DNA of 64,000 nt from an uncultured Acidobacteriota bacterium. Lineage in GTDB: Bacteria; Acidobacteriota; UBA6911. The stretch covers positions 32,001-96,000 of the forward strand of contig CAWHCF010000001.1 of assembly GCA_963827655.1 (NCBI GenBank), read 5' to 3'. The notes beneath the pieces are model-generated. The model ran no database searches and was not told the origin of the DNA. It saw nothing but the letters and a program-made list of their open reading frames with translations. This document shows positions 9,505 through 20,632 of the stretch, in pieces (within the stretch, counting starts at the first letter, position 1; each line of letters opens with the position of its first letter). The position numbers were made by a program, and so were the translations under genes.

Positions 9505-12500
9505 ATGAAAGAAATCGTTCTGAACCGTGATGACATTCCTCTCTGGACCGGGGGTGACGGAAAACTCAGCGTATTTGTACCCGGGCTCGACCTCAAGAAG
9601 CCTCTGTCTCCGGCTACCAACGAGGTCGCCAGCCTGGACTTTTCACTGCAAGGGACCAATCCCATCCTGATCGGCACGCCCGGGGGAGTAAAGCTCGCAA
9701 TTCGCGCGGGGACCAGCGCACGTCTGACCCCGATATGGCCCAACAGCCAAGGAGATCTGAAGCAGTTGCTGCGTGAGCACGGCCTCGAGGATTTTCTTGC
9801 TGCAAACACGGATCAATTGATTCTCGCGCTCCGTCTCGGATCCAACGCTTCGGCCGCCGTGTCAGGGGCCTTTTCTTACTCGGTGCTGAGCGCCAAAGCC
9901 ACGGTTGAGGCCGGCGGCGACGTCGGCTATTCATATTTCCGCGCCCTCTCTGCTTCGACCCCTGCCCTGCAGCTCATCACCGGTTTTTTCCGCGACCTGC
10001 GACTCCCCTCGCATATCTCCCAGCCGTTACCGGCGGGCGAGGTTATCGTTTTCCAATACGGAGGGTATCTCAAGTTCGGCGCTGATCTTTCCGTCGGGTA
10101 CGAGATGAAAGGCACGCCGAAGTTCGATCTCGGCGATCTCCAGCTGTCTGAGCACTTCCAGTTGAGTGTCATTGGAAGACTGGGTCTGAACGCCAGTCTC
10201 GCCGGCCATTTTGCCGTGCAGGCCCGGCCGGCAGCCGATCCGGGGTGGATTCGGGTGATCGTACAGCGGAAACACCAGCAGGAACTCAAAATCGCTGCCG
10301 ACCTGGCGGTCGGGGCGGACAGCAAACTTGAAGGGCTTCCGGAATCGAGCCGTGAATTCCTGAGCGCCGCGCTGGGGGTTCATGCAAAGAATTGGTTTAA
10401 TCTTCTGGACCAGGTGCGCGACTACGCGAATTTCGACTCGATGAAACAAAAGCTGGACGGACTCGCGCTCGACTTCCTGAAGGAGTATCTGGAAAGAGTC
10501 TTCGGCGCGCTTCCCGACGATTTCAATGTCGTGCTGCAAAAAGTCAACTCGGTGGTACTGCAATACCAGAACCTGGAAAACTCTGCCATCACGCTCTTCG
10601 ACCGATACTACGCCAAACTGGACGTGCTGGTGGCAAAGTTGTCCGAGCTCGAGCAGCTTCCCTCCTGGGACAAGCTCCGAGGCCAAGTCGACCGCGAGTC
10701 GTGGGACGTGCTGCGCCAGCTGACCGATGGCAACCCCCTGGGCTGGATCACGGGCAAGGTGAAGCTCCCCGGTTCGGATCAACCGGTCGCCCAGCCTCGA
10801 TAAGCTGAAAGAGAGGGCGAGGAAGGCGCTCGCCTTGATCCAGGACAAGGCGCACGCCGAGATTCGCGAAGTGATCGGCCTCGCGAAGGAGAGTTTTCCG
10901 CTCGATCGCTTTTTCCGGCTTCTGGCGACTGTTGATACCGCCGACGAGCTGAAAGCGCTGGCTAACGACAAACTGGGGCACTTCATCCAGCGGCTGATCG
11001 GGCAGAGCATCGAAGAACTCCGTTCGACCGAGCAACTGAAGAATGCCATTCGCCGGATTCAGGAAGCGCTCAAAGCGGAAGAGACTTTCCGGGATAAGCT
11101 CTATGCCAAATTCAGGGAAGCCGCAGAGCAGTCGTGGCGTCTCAAGCTTTATTCAGAATACAGTCGCGCCGAGGAAAGCGACGCGCTGATTGATGTAGCG
11201 ATCAATCTCAAGCTGCCTGAAGGGCAGGACCTCATGGCCTCGGCGGGCCGGGGCGATTTTCAGGACTTGCTGGCAAGCTACCGGCCGGAACTGGTCCGGA
11301 TCAACGAAGGAATTCTCACCCACAGAACCACGAACGAGAGCGCATTTAAAGTCAACATCCTGGGCTGGCATTACGGCTTCAACTATTCCGGCTTCGACCG
11401 CGTCATCGTCGATGCGGAGCAGCGCATCAAGCCGGAAACCAACGGCGTCCTCACGGTCTACAGCAACGTCGCGCTCACCAAGGAAAAGGAGCGGAGACGG
11501 AATGGCGAACGAATGTTCACCAGTTTCCTGCTGCAGTTTCTGGGGGAGTCTCGCGGCATCCTTCAGGCCGATCCCAAGCGCAGCCAGTACTTGATCGATA
11601 TCATCACCGGGATGGCGGCGAGTTATCAACTCCGTTTCACCGATGACAAGACCGAGCCGGATGAACTGAGGAATTATCTCAGCTTCGCGAAGGACTTCGG
11701 CCTCGACAAAGTTGGGGGAACCTTCGAGGAGCTTCAACCGCTGCTTTCGATGGACGACCAGCGAAAGCATTACGGCCCCATCTCGGCGGAATACGAGGTT
11801 CGGTACACGCAAGCCGGACTGGAAAAGCTCTTTCAGGGAGACTTCGATGAGGCCTTTGTGCGAAGCGTCATGCGCAAAATGGTTCTCGCGAATTACTTCA
11901 AAGATTCAGGCCTGCAAGATATCGGCTGGTGCTATTCGGAAGCTGTCTTTCGGAAGAGAGAGGAGATCAATCGAAGCGCAGGGCAGCTCTTTTCAAATCT
12001 CCCGCGGCTTCAGGTGGAGAATCTGCTGTCTCCCATTCCCGGAATAGAGGCTCCATCAAAGGTAAGCCTGACCTCGAACGCGCAGGTCAGGGTTCTTGAC
12101 ACCCTGTTCAATATCGAAGACCGCCTGATCAAAGGAATGCGCAGCTTGCACGCATTGATTCAAGGCGGACAGCCGATAGCCCTGGATCGTTTCAGAAAGG
12201 CGCTCGAGGAGATCGGCGACGCGCTTACGGTTTTCGACAACTTCGACGAAGGGATCAACACGGTCTTCGCGCTCCTGGATCGGTTGATTGATCGGGCGAC
12301 GCCCGCAGGCCAGGTGCGCGCATCCTCGCTGAAACTGGTATCCAGATTCCAGGACCGGGAAGTGACCAAAATGTTTATCCTGCAGCCAGGCGTCGAGACC
12401 GGCGTTCCCGTTGCGGAGGCGCCGGACTCCCCGAGCCCACAGCGCCCCGTTGCCACGCGTCGTGTTTCGGCCTCACCGGCCAAGGCGCGAAGACGCAAAG

Positions 12501-12508
12501 GAGGATAG
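9505..12508 (+). CDS. Large hypothetical protein (about 1000 aa); frameshift near 10790
   Basis: ORFs 9343-10803 and 10835-12508 are joined by an open second frame (SLDKLKERARKALALIQDK). Codon usage is coding-like; no motif recognised. Confidence 0.7.
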
Positions 12509-12512
12509 ACCC

Positions 12513-14198
12513 ATGTCGCGTGTACGAACTTTTTTGGTCATCGCATTACTGGCCGTATGCACCGGCGGCAGCGCCCAGCAATCTCAGCTGGGTCGAGTCG
12601 AATTTCAGGTAACCGGCTCGGAAAAATCCCGAGAGCACTTCCTGCGCGGACTGGCTGCGCTTCATTCCTTCTGGTACGAGGAGGCGCTCGAGGCTTTTCG
12701 CGAGTCGACCAGGGTTGCTCCAGATTTTTCGATGGGCTACTGGGGCGAGGCCATGGCGCATAACCATCCGCTCTGGGGCGAGCAGGACACCGAAGACGCG
12801 AGAAAGGTCCTGCAAAAACTCAACGTCGCGCCCAAGCTCACGCCGAGGGAGCGCGCCTACCTGAATGCCGTCAGAATCCTCTACGGCGAGGGAGACAAGC
12901 ATGCGCGCGATCTGGCTTATTCGGCGGCGATGGAGAAGATTTATCGCGACTATCCGGATGACCTGGACGCGGCCTGCTTTTACGCGCTCTCGCTCCTGGG
13001 AACCGTCCGGCCTGAAGACAAGGGCTTTCGCCGGCAGGCTCAGGCGGGGGCGATTGCACTCGCCGTTTTTGAGAAGAACCCGAACCATCCGGGAGCGGCC
13101 CACTACATCATCCATGCGTTCGACGATCCCGATCACGCCATTCTGGCCTTGCCTGCTGCGCGCCGCTACGCCGAGATTGCCCCCGAAGCCCATCACGCGC
13201 GGCATATGCCGGCGCACATCTTTCTGCAGCTCGGAATGTGGCCGGAAGCGGCCGCTTCGAACGAATCCGCGTGGGAGGCTTCCGATGCCTGGGTCAAACG
13301 CAAGAATCTGTCTCTGGTCAATCGCGATTATCACAGCCTTTACTGGCTGCTCTACGTCTACCTGCAGCAGGGGCGTTATGGCAAGGCGGAGCAGTTGCTC
13401 GAGTTGATGAAGAAGGTAATGACCGAATCCAAGGATGACAAGCGGCCAGGCTACTTCGCCAGCAACTACGCTATGATGGCAGCGGCTTTCATGGTTGAGA
13501 CCGAACGGTGGGACCTCGCCGCTAAACTCTTCGGCGCGGCGCGGGCGGACGAACAGCCGGCCGGCGAGCATTCCGGGCATGCGGCCCACTCCGATGCGGG
13601 TGCCCAAGGGAGGACCGCCGCGCGCTCGAATACCAGCCAGGTGGTTCCGGTCTTCATGCGTGGGCTGGCGGCTGCAAAAAAGGGATCTGACGAAAGCGAA
13701 AAAAACCTTGCCGCGTTACGCGCTTTGCAAAAGGCGGAAAAGAGCAGTTATCGGGCAAAGTCGGAGGAGATCCGGGAACTGGAAATAGCGGCTGTAGCCG
13801 CATCATCGAAAGGCCAGCACTCTAAAGCGATTGAATTGATGAAGGAGGCTCGCAAACTCGAAGACGACCTGGCCCCGCCTTCGGGCCCGCCGGCTCTGAT
13901 CAAACCTGCACACGAATTGTTCGGCGAGATACTGCTCGGCGCCGGCAAAGCCCGTGAGGCTGCCGAGCAATTTGCCGCCGCCCTGCTCCGGCAACCCAAC
14001 CGGGCGCGCTCGCTTATCGGCGCGGCGCGCGCTGCCGCTCAAAGCGGCGACTCGAAAGCCGCTTCTGAGTTTTACGGAAAATTCCTCAAGCAGTGGGAGC
14101 AGGCCGACCGGGATTTGCCGGAACTGACGGAAGCCAGGGACTATCTCAGCCGCCGCCCCGCGGTACCTTCAGGTATCTCTGGCGTCTTCGCGTCTTAG
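12513..14198 (+). CDS. Secreted tetratricopeptide-repeat protein
   Basis: Signal peptide; HSFWYEEA, YWGEAM, HPGAAHYIIHAFD and HMPAHIF motifs; GGAGG RBS. Confidence 0.85.
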   Translation: MSRVRTFLVIALLAVCTGGSAQQSQLGRVEFQVTGSEKSREHFLRGLAALHSFWYEEALEAFRESTRVAPDFSMGYWGEAMAHNHPLWGEQDTEDARKVLQKLNVAPKLTPRERAYLNAVRILYGEGDKHARDLAYSAAMEKIYRDYPDDLDAACFYALSLLGTVRPEDKGFRRQAQAGAIALAVFEKNPNHPGAAHYIIHAFDDPDHAILALPAARRYAEIAPEAHHARHMPAHIFLQLGMWPEAAASNESAWEASDAWVKRKNLSLVNRDYHSLYWLLYVYLQQGRYGKAEQLLELMKKVMTESKDDKRPGYFASNYAMMAAAFMVETERWDLAAKLFGAARADEQPAGEHSGHAAHSDAGAQGRTAARSNTSQVVPVFMRGLAAAKKGSDESEKNLAALRALQKAEKSSYRAKSEEIRELEIAAVAASSKGQHSKAIELMKEARKLEDDLAPPSGPPALIKPAHELFGEILLGAGKAREAAEQFAAALLRQPNRARSLIGAARAAAQSGDSKAASEFYGKFLKQWEQADRDLPELTEARDYLSRRPAVPSGISGVFAS

Positions 14199-14224
14199 AG
14201 GTTGGATTTGTTACGATCCGACTG

Positions 14225-14344
14225 TTACTCCATGAAGGCACCGAGTAGCCAATAAAGCAAGAAGAAGATCAAGACAGTGCTGATACAGCCCCCACCCAGC
14301 TTCCACGCCCCCAATCCCGCCAATCCACCTCGCAGTAAACCCAT
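14225..14344 (-). CDS. Small membrane protein (39 aa)
   Basis: MGLLRGGLAGLGAWKLGGGCISTVLIFFLLYWLLGAFME*, with AGAGGG RBS and one hydrophobic helix. Below the ORF-track cutoff. Confidence 0.65.
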   Translation of the reverse strand: MGLLRGGLAGLGAWKLGGGCISTVLIFFLLYWLLGAFME

Positions 14345-14563
14345 GACCCTCTACCGTTCCTTTCCCAAGTTTCTCAACTCACATCTACTCTCCGGGCTGA
14401 AATTCAGCGCGGGATCGAATTTGCAAGAGCCGTTCCCAAGGTTCTAAATGCGCTAAGTGCAATCTCACAAAACTCTTTCAGGAACCACGCCTCGCCGGAC
14501 ATTCAATGAAAACGATCGAGAGCGAGGAAAAATTGCCGATATCGCCCTCAAGGTGAGGGCTTC

Positions 14564-16087
14564 TTATTTAGTCTCCATGGTCAGGAGCGACGCCATTGTG
14601 ACGATACCCTTCCAGAGATGCCCCAGCCGAAGGTTTTCGTTTTCGCTATGCTGGTTGTTGTCAAAGTTGACCATCGGGACGCTGATGGCAGGAAACCCGA
14701 GAACCCGGATGAACTGGCTTATAGGAATTGTGCCCCCGCTGGTCCGGATGCGGACCGGCTCTGTTCCCCACGTCCTCTCGAGCGCCTTGGTTATGGCCTG
14801 CGATATCGGCAGATTCATTTCGGTGCGGTAAGCCTCGGTGGGCTTGCGCCGGCTGATGCGCATGATTTTTGAATGCTTCAACCGAATCTGATCATCGGGT
14901 TCGCTCTCCACGATGTGATAGCCCTGCTTGCGGATGTGGGCGACCACCTTTTCGATTATTTGCTCGCTGGGAGTTTCCTTTACCAGGCGGATGTCAATCG
15001 CAGCGGTCGCGTCAGAGGGTATGATCGTGCGCGCCTCTTCTCCCACATACGCGCTGCGCAGGCCACGAATATTGAGGCTCGGATACTGAAGCGCTTCCTG
15101 AAGATTCTTGCCCACCGCGTCAGGTTGGGCGATGCCAAAGAATCTTTTCAATTCTTCGAGGTCGTCCGGGACACCTTCCTGAATCCGTATTTCTTCGGGT
15201 TTGAGCTTGGGGATCCCGTCATAGAAACCGGGGACGACCACGCGTCCCGCATCATCTTTCATGGAAGCAAGGAGCTGAGCCAGCCTCATCGCGGGATTCG
15301 GCACCCAGTTTCCATAATGCCCGCTGTGCAAGGGAAACTTGGGGCCATAAACCGTCAACTCGAGTACGGCGCTTCCGCGCGCGCCGAAGTTCAAGGTCGG
15401 CCGCCCGCTCGGATGCATCGGTCCATCGAGGATCAACATGACATCTGCCTGAAAGCGCTCGCGGTAGCGCTCGATGGCACCGGTCAAGCTTGGAGAGCCC
15501 GCCTCTTCCTCGCCGTCAAGAACGACGCGAATGTTGCTGGACGGCTCGCGCCCGCCGGACTTCAACGCATCCAGAGCGGCGCACAGAGCCACAATCGGCG
15601 ATTTGTCGTCGGACGCGGAACGGGCATAGATGCGCCATTCCGGTTGGAATCGGCTGAGGCTGGAATCAATGGGCATCTCCTTGCCCCCATCCTCGAGGCG
15701 GGCGCTCCGGAGCACAGGAACAAAAGGGCTGGACTGTTTCCATCGAGGGGGATCGACCGGCTGGCCGTCATAGTGGATGTAAAACAGGATCGTTCGAGCG
15801 GACCCCGCGATCTTTTTCTCACCATAGACGAGAGGATTGCCTGCGGTTTCCAGAATCTCGGCAACCAGACCCCGACGCTCGAGCATGCCCCGCAGATGCT
15901 CCGCGTTGCGCCTTATGTTCGGACGATCGGCGGCGACATTTGGAATTGAAAGCAACTGCACCAGTTCAGAGAAAATCCGGCCCTGATGCTGCGACACGTA
16001 AGCCTCGATGGCCTCGCGCTCTCCTGCGGGCGCCGGCTGGCCCAGTAACGCCAGTCCTAAAGAAATTCCCAAGACAGTCTTGTTCAC
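14564..16087 (-). CDS. Secreted M20/M25/M40 metallopeptidase
   Basis: HYDGQP, RSASDDK, GEEEAGS, HSGHYG and NQHSENE motifs. Confidence 0.9.
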   Translation of the reverse strand: MNKTVLGISLGLALLGQPAPAGEREAIEAYVSQHQGRIFSELVQLLSIPNVAADRPNIRRNAEHLRGMLERRGLVAEILETAGNPLVYGEKKIAGSARTILFYIHYDGQPVDPPRWKQSSPFVPVLRSARLEDGGKEMPIDSSLSRFQPEWRIYARSASDDKSPIVALCAALDALKSGGREPSSNIRVVLDGEEEAGSPSLTGAIERYRERFQADVMLILDGPMHPSGRPTLNFGARGSAVLELTVYGPKFPLHSGHYGNWVPNPAMRLAQLLASMKDDAGRVVVPGFYDGIPKLKPEEIRIQEGVPDDLEELKRFFGIAQPDAVGKNLQEALQYPSLNIRGLRSAYVGEEARTIIPSDATAAIDIRLVKETPSEQIIEKVVAHIRKQGYHIVESEPDDQIRLKHSKIMRISRRKPTEAYRTEMNLPISQAITKALERTWGTEPVRIRTSGGTIPISQFIRVLGFPAISVPMVNFDNNQHSENENLRLGHLWKGIVTMASLLTMETK

Positions 16088-16223
16088 CCTGACGTCCCTC
16101 CTTTTCGTGTTTTTGAGGTTAAACAAACGCTACCGCCAAGGGCCAGAGAATTATTTTTGAGCAGCAGCAACTCTTTTTTCGCGAAGAATCCGTATAATTG
16201 CTGTTGTCGACTTGCGATTCACG

Positions 16224-16262
16224 GGCGGGGCTATTCACTGGCCGGCCGGGCCTTCGGCCCTG
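16224..16262. repeat. Dispersed palindromic repeat; second copy at 56351-56384
   Basis: GGCGGGGCTAYTCACTG...GCCGGGCCTTCGGCCCTG is present at both sites. Confidence 0.65.
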
Positions 16263-16350
16263 ATTAGCGAGAAGAACTTTCTAGACGCATACCGGCTACT
16301 GAATCGCAGCTTGTCGATGTCAATGGTTGTTTCCGCCGAGGTCCCGACCG

Positions 16351-17599
16351 ATGAGCCGAGCCTGCTGGGCAATGATGGCCGCATTAATCGTCGCAGCCGG
16401 GACTGCTTCCGATAAGATGGGGACGGTCACGTTCACAAGAGACGTGGCTCCGATTCTGCAGAAAAGCTGCATCAGTTGCCATCGGCCCGGAGAGATTGGG
16501 CCCATGCCGCTCACTTCTTACTCCGAGGCGCGCCCCTGGGCCAAGGCCATTCGTGAAGCCGTCGCCGGCAGGAAGATGCCCCCCTGGCACGCGGCCGCAG
16601 ACTCACGCCCGTGCGAGAACGATCCGCGTTTGTCGCAGCGCGAGATCGACACAGTTCTCGCCTGGGTTGATGGCGGGGCGAAAGAAGGAGATCCCGGAGA
16701 CATGCCCCCCATCCCAGCCTTCGTCGAAGGGTGGAGTATCGGAAAGCCCGACGTGGTCTTTTCCATGCGGGAGGAGTTCACCATCCCCGCTGAAGGGGTA
16801 ATCCCATTCACGTACTTCGCCGTACCGACGAATTTCAAGCAAGATACCTGGGTCCAGGCCGCAGAAGTTCGGCCGGGAAATCGCGCCGTAGTGCATCATG
16901 CCGTAATTCTGGTTCGCGAACCTCGTTCCAATACTGAAGGCACTGATCCGAATCAGAACCTTGAACGGCGCCTCGAGCGGATGCTTGTCGGAACCGCTCC
17001 GGGGATGCCCGCGGCGGTTTTCAAGCCGGGCCAGGGGAAGCTTATCAGGCCCGGAAGTATTTTGATCTTCCAGGTGCACTATACGCCGAATGGCTCGATT
17101 CAGAAGGATCGCACCTCAGTGGGCCTGATCCTGGCGAAAAGCTCCGGTGGAACAAGTCGTGGTGAGCTACGCGATCGGCAACGATCGATTCCGGATTCCG
17201 GCGGGCGACCCGAATTACGAGGTTCGCTCCTCGTTCACGTTCCCGGAAGACGCGCGGGTCCTGAGCGCAATGCCTCACATGCACATGCGCGGCAAAGATT
17301 TCAGCTACACCGCAGTCTATCCCGACGGGCAGCGCGAGCTGCTCCTGAATGTACCCCGGTGGGACTTCAACTGGCAGCAGGTCTATCGTTTCAAAGAGCC
17401 GGTCTTCATGCCGAAGGGGAGCCGGATCGATTGCCTGGCGCACTTCGATAACTCTCCCGGGAACAAGTCCAATCCTGATCCTGCCAAGGACGTTCCCTGG
17501 GGAGATCAGGTCTGGGAAGAGATGATGATCGGCTGGATGGATTTCGTCTTCGAAAAAACGCGCGGCGCGCCGAGCTCTGGCGATGAGCAGTTAAAGTAG
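16351..17599 (+). CDS. Secreted cytochrome c plus copper type II monooxygenase-like protein; frameshift near 17140
   Basis: CISCH heme motif, followed by VVHH, QVHY, MPHMH and EEMM, matching the His/Met copper-ligand pattern of PHM/DBH-type domains. Confidence 0.8.
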
Positions 17600-17723
17600 C
17601 GTCTTCGCGTCTTAGCGATCTGGCATCTCGCAGCCTGACCTGAAGCGGTGTAGAATCTCTCCCCGCGCCCATATGACGGTTTGAAGAGACAACTTTCGTA
17701 ACCGAAGGATCCTTGCCAAGCCT

Positions 17724-18776
17724 ATGAAGATCCCAAGAGTAGTTGCACTGAGCACTCTGATCGCCACAATCGTCTGCCAGGGGTTCCCGACCGGAGACCA
17801 ACAAGCCGAAAAAAGCGAAGGCAGCGTGGTGCGAGCCGATGCGGCGCTCGATAAGCTCGTCCCGCCCACTGCCAAGATCGAGAAGATCGCGAATGGATTC
17901 GATTTCACCGAAGGCCCCGTTTACATGCCCGAGGGCTACCTTCTGTTCAGCGATATTCCCCGCAATACGATCTACAAGTGGATGCCGGACGGCAAGGTCT
18001 CGGAGTTTCGCAAGCCGAGCGGCTTCAATGGAACGGACGCTCCAGCCGGAGCCTTCATTGGATCCAACGGACTGACCCTCGACCGGGAGGGCCGCCTGAT
18101 CATTTGCCAGCACGGCAATGGCAGGGTCATCCGCCTGGAAAAGAACGGCGCTGAAACTGTCCTGGCGGACAAGTATGAGGGGAAGCGGCTCAACAGTCCG
18201 AACGATGCGGTTTACAAATCCGATGGATCGCTTTACTTCACCGATCCTCCGTACGGGTTTCCGAAACAGGATGACGATCCGAAGAAGGAACTGAAATTCA
18301 ACGGCATTTATCGGCTGGCCGGCGGGAAGTTACAACTGCTTGTGAAGGATCTGAGCCGGCCCAATGGCCTCGCGTTTTCGCCGGATGAAAAATATCTCTA
18401 CGTCGCCAACTCCGACCCGGCACGCAAACTCTGGATGCGTTACGAGGTCAAGTCCGACGGAACGCTGGGGGCCGGTACCGTGTTCTACGACGTTACGCGC
18501 GAAACCGCCGATGGACTTCCAGACGGGCTAAAAGTGGACAAGCAGGGGAACCTGTACTGTACGGGACCTGGAGGCGTCTGGATCTTTTCTCCGCAAGGAA
18601 AATACTTGGGGAAGATTCAGGCTCCTGAGATACCGGCCAACTGTGCCTGGGGGAAGCATACACAGGGAAGCAGTTCTGCGGCGCTGGGCCCGCGGGAAGA
18701 GGCAAAGACGCTCTACCTCACCGCGCGAAAAGGGGTATATCGAATACAGCTGGCGGTCGCCGGCATCCGGCCTTGA
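17724..18776 (+). CDS. SMP-30/gluconolactonase family protein
   Basis: FTEGP, SNGL, LNSPND, PNGLAFSPD and PDGLKVD motifs. Confidence 0.92.
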   Translation: MKIPRVVALSTLIATIVCQGFPTGDQQAEKSEGSVVRADAALDKLVPPTAKIEKIANGFDFTEGPVYMPEGYLLFSDIPRNTIYKWMPDGKVSEFRKPSGFNGTDAPAGAFIGSNGLTLDREGRLIICQHGNGRVIRLEKNGAETVLADKYEGKRLNSPNDAVYKSDGSLYFTDPPYGFPKQDDDPKKELKFNGIYRLAGGKLQLLVKDLSRPNGLAFSPDEKYLYVANSDPARKLWMRYEVKSDGTLGAGTVFYDVTRETADGLPDGLKVDKQGNLYCTGPGGVWIFSPQGKYLGKIQAPEIPANCAWGKHTQGSSSAALGPREEAKTLYLTARKGVYRIQLAVAGIRP

Positions 18777-18860
18777 ATCTTGGCCACCTTCGCGTGTCGC
18801 AGAGATGAATCCAGAACGCGAAGAAACGTGGACGTTGTCCTGGAAAGGAGAATCACCCTG

Positions 18861-19250
18861 ATGAATCGCAGAAAGCATCTGAAGCTTCTGGTCGCAGCGC
18901 CTGCCATTCTATCGAGCACCGCAGCCGCAGCGCCGTCACCGATCCAGCTTCATCTCGATCTCGAAGTCGATCCTGCCAAAGAAAGTGAAATGGTGTCAAA
19001 TTTTCGCAAGACCTTCCGTCCGGCGATCAGCAAGCAGCCGGGATTTGTGGACGTCAAGCTGCTCAAGCTGCAGAGTGCGCTCGTAGGAAAGGCTCCGGCC
19101 AACTCCACTTATCGACTGTTGATCAGTTTCGAGACGGAGGAGCTACGGAAGAAGTGGGTCGCAACCGACACGCATCAGCAGGTGTGGCCCACGATCGAGA
19201 AAACCCTGAAAGGTGCAAAGCATATCGTGCTGCTGTACGACGTCGTTTGA
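18861..19250 (+). CDS. Tat-exported ABM/dimeric alpha-beta barrel protein
   Basis: MNRRKHL twin-Arg leader; KQPGF and WVATDTHQ motifs. Confidence 0.7.
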   Translation: MNRRKHLKLLVAAPAILSSTAAAAPSPIQLHLDLEVDPAKESEMVSNFRKTFRPAISKQPGFVDVKLLKLQSALVGKAPANSTYRLLISFETEELRKKWVATDTHQQVWPTIEKTLKGAKHIVLLYDVV

Positions 19251-19264
19251 CGTTTGCGGTTCCG

Positions 19265-20008
19265 TTACCTGGCTTTAAACAACCAATTCAAGGCATTCCG
19301 GATCAGCCGCTGCATCATGGGGTGGCCCAGCGCATCCGGCGTGTGTCCGGGAGCCAGATAACAGAAGCGCCCCTGCCCGAGTTCTCTCCACCAGCCGGCC
19401 GGCGCTTCCAGATTGTCCCTCGCGATCGAGCGCAGGAGGAGGTGTTCACGGTCGAGGTAGTATTTCACCGTGTGCTGTTCGTCGAAAACTTCAAAGTCCT
19501 CGACGCCGGCGGTAACCGGATGCGTCCTGTTTTCAACCCGCACCGTGAAGACATAGGGTTTCGGGTGACCGCCGTAATCTCCCCCGAAGAGTTTGTAGTA
19601 GAGACCTCCGGGTGGATAGATACCCTGGGAGTTATGCAAGGCAAGGAAGCCTCCGCCGCCGTGCACGAAATCCCAGATCGCCTGCTGCTGGGAGTCGGTC
19701 ATCCATTTCACCGGAGGCTTGTCATATCCGTTGGGCCAGTTCATGCCGTCTCGAAGGATGACCAGGAGCTGATACTCTTTCAGCGCTTCGGCCGACAGGG
19801 CCTCGACGTTTTCGATAAACGTAATCGGAATATTCTCGCGCAAGAACGCCGGAGCCAGGTGGTCGCGAATATAGGTGGGGCTGTGATACCGGTCGCCGAT
19901 CAAAGCCAGGGCGCGCGGGCGCCTGGCCGACTGGTAGACGCCGGGCGTGTTCTGCGCCTGGGCCAGCGCCGCCAGCGCAATCATCAGTGCAAACCAGCTG
20001 CGGATCAT
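19265..20008 (-). CDS. Secreted ThuA-like domain protein
   Basis: GDRYH, FVHGGGGFLALH, HPVTAGVEDF..DEQH and GRFCYLAPGH motifs. Confidence 0.85.
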   Translation of the reverse strand: MIRSWFALMIALAALAQAQNTPGVYQSARRPRALALIGDRYHSPTYIRDHLAPAFLRENIPITFIENVEALSAEALKEYQLLVILRDGMNWPNGYDKPPVKWMTDSQQQAIWDFVHGGGGFLALHNSQGIYPPGGLYYKLFGGDYGGHPKPYVFTVRVENRTHPVTAGVEDFEVFDEQHTVKYYLDREHLLLRSIARDNLEAPAGWWRELGQGRFCYLAPGHTPDALGHPMMQRLIRNALNWLFKAR

Positions 20009-20125
20009 TGCGATTACTCTACTACACGATAGCCAGGACCTTCCAGAACAAGCTGCGACATAATAGCCCGTTAAATAGTTCGGTTTTGAGCGGAAGTTGG
20101 CGCGTTCGCTGTTTCCGCAGCATTC

Positions 20126-20207
20126 AACCGCGAAGACGCGAAGACCCGACGGCCGTGAGGCTGCAACCCAAAAGAAAAAGCACCGCAGAGACGCAAAGGC
20201 CGCAGAG
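20126..20207 (+). repeat. Composite repeat, copy A (copy B at 26102-26181)
   Basis: Shared blocks AACCGCGAAGACGCGAAG, GCCGTGAGGC, CAAAAGAAAAA and AGCACCGCAGAGACGC occur in the same order and orientation. Confidence 0.8.
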
Positions 20208-20632
20208 GCACGCTCAATTGGCGTCGGTGAATCACTCCACATTTTAGAACGCATCACAAATCTTTCAGGAAGGGATTCAATAACATTAGGTCGCATTTTT
20301 TGCTTGACAGAGTTTTCTGGTTGTGTTTAAGCTCGGCTCAGCAAAATAGCGAGACTCCTAACGCTGCTACATATGCTTCCCCCATCCGCCCGCCCCTTCG
20401 GGCGTTGAGCAGCTCGAGAGAATCGAGTTTTTGAAGGCTTCTTCCAACTCGCGCAAAGAGATTTCATGTAAGTGGGTCTTCCTGTAGACGGACGACTGTA
20501 GACGGACGACGGCCGGGACGATTTGATTTGCATTTCGTCTTCGCTATCGGGGTACTGGTGTGGTGCAATCGTGAAAGCAGCCGAACACACCAAGACCCAG
20601 TTTGAGATGATCAATCGTGGAGGTGAGCAAAA

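Noticed and set aside
20482-20509. CTGTAGACGGACGA repeated twice in tandem
   Set aside because: Only two adjacent units with no spacer; not CRISPR, and no function can be assigned.
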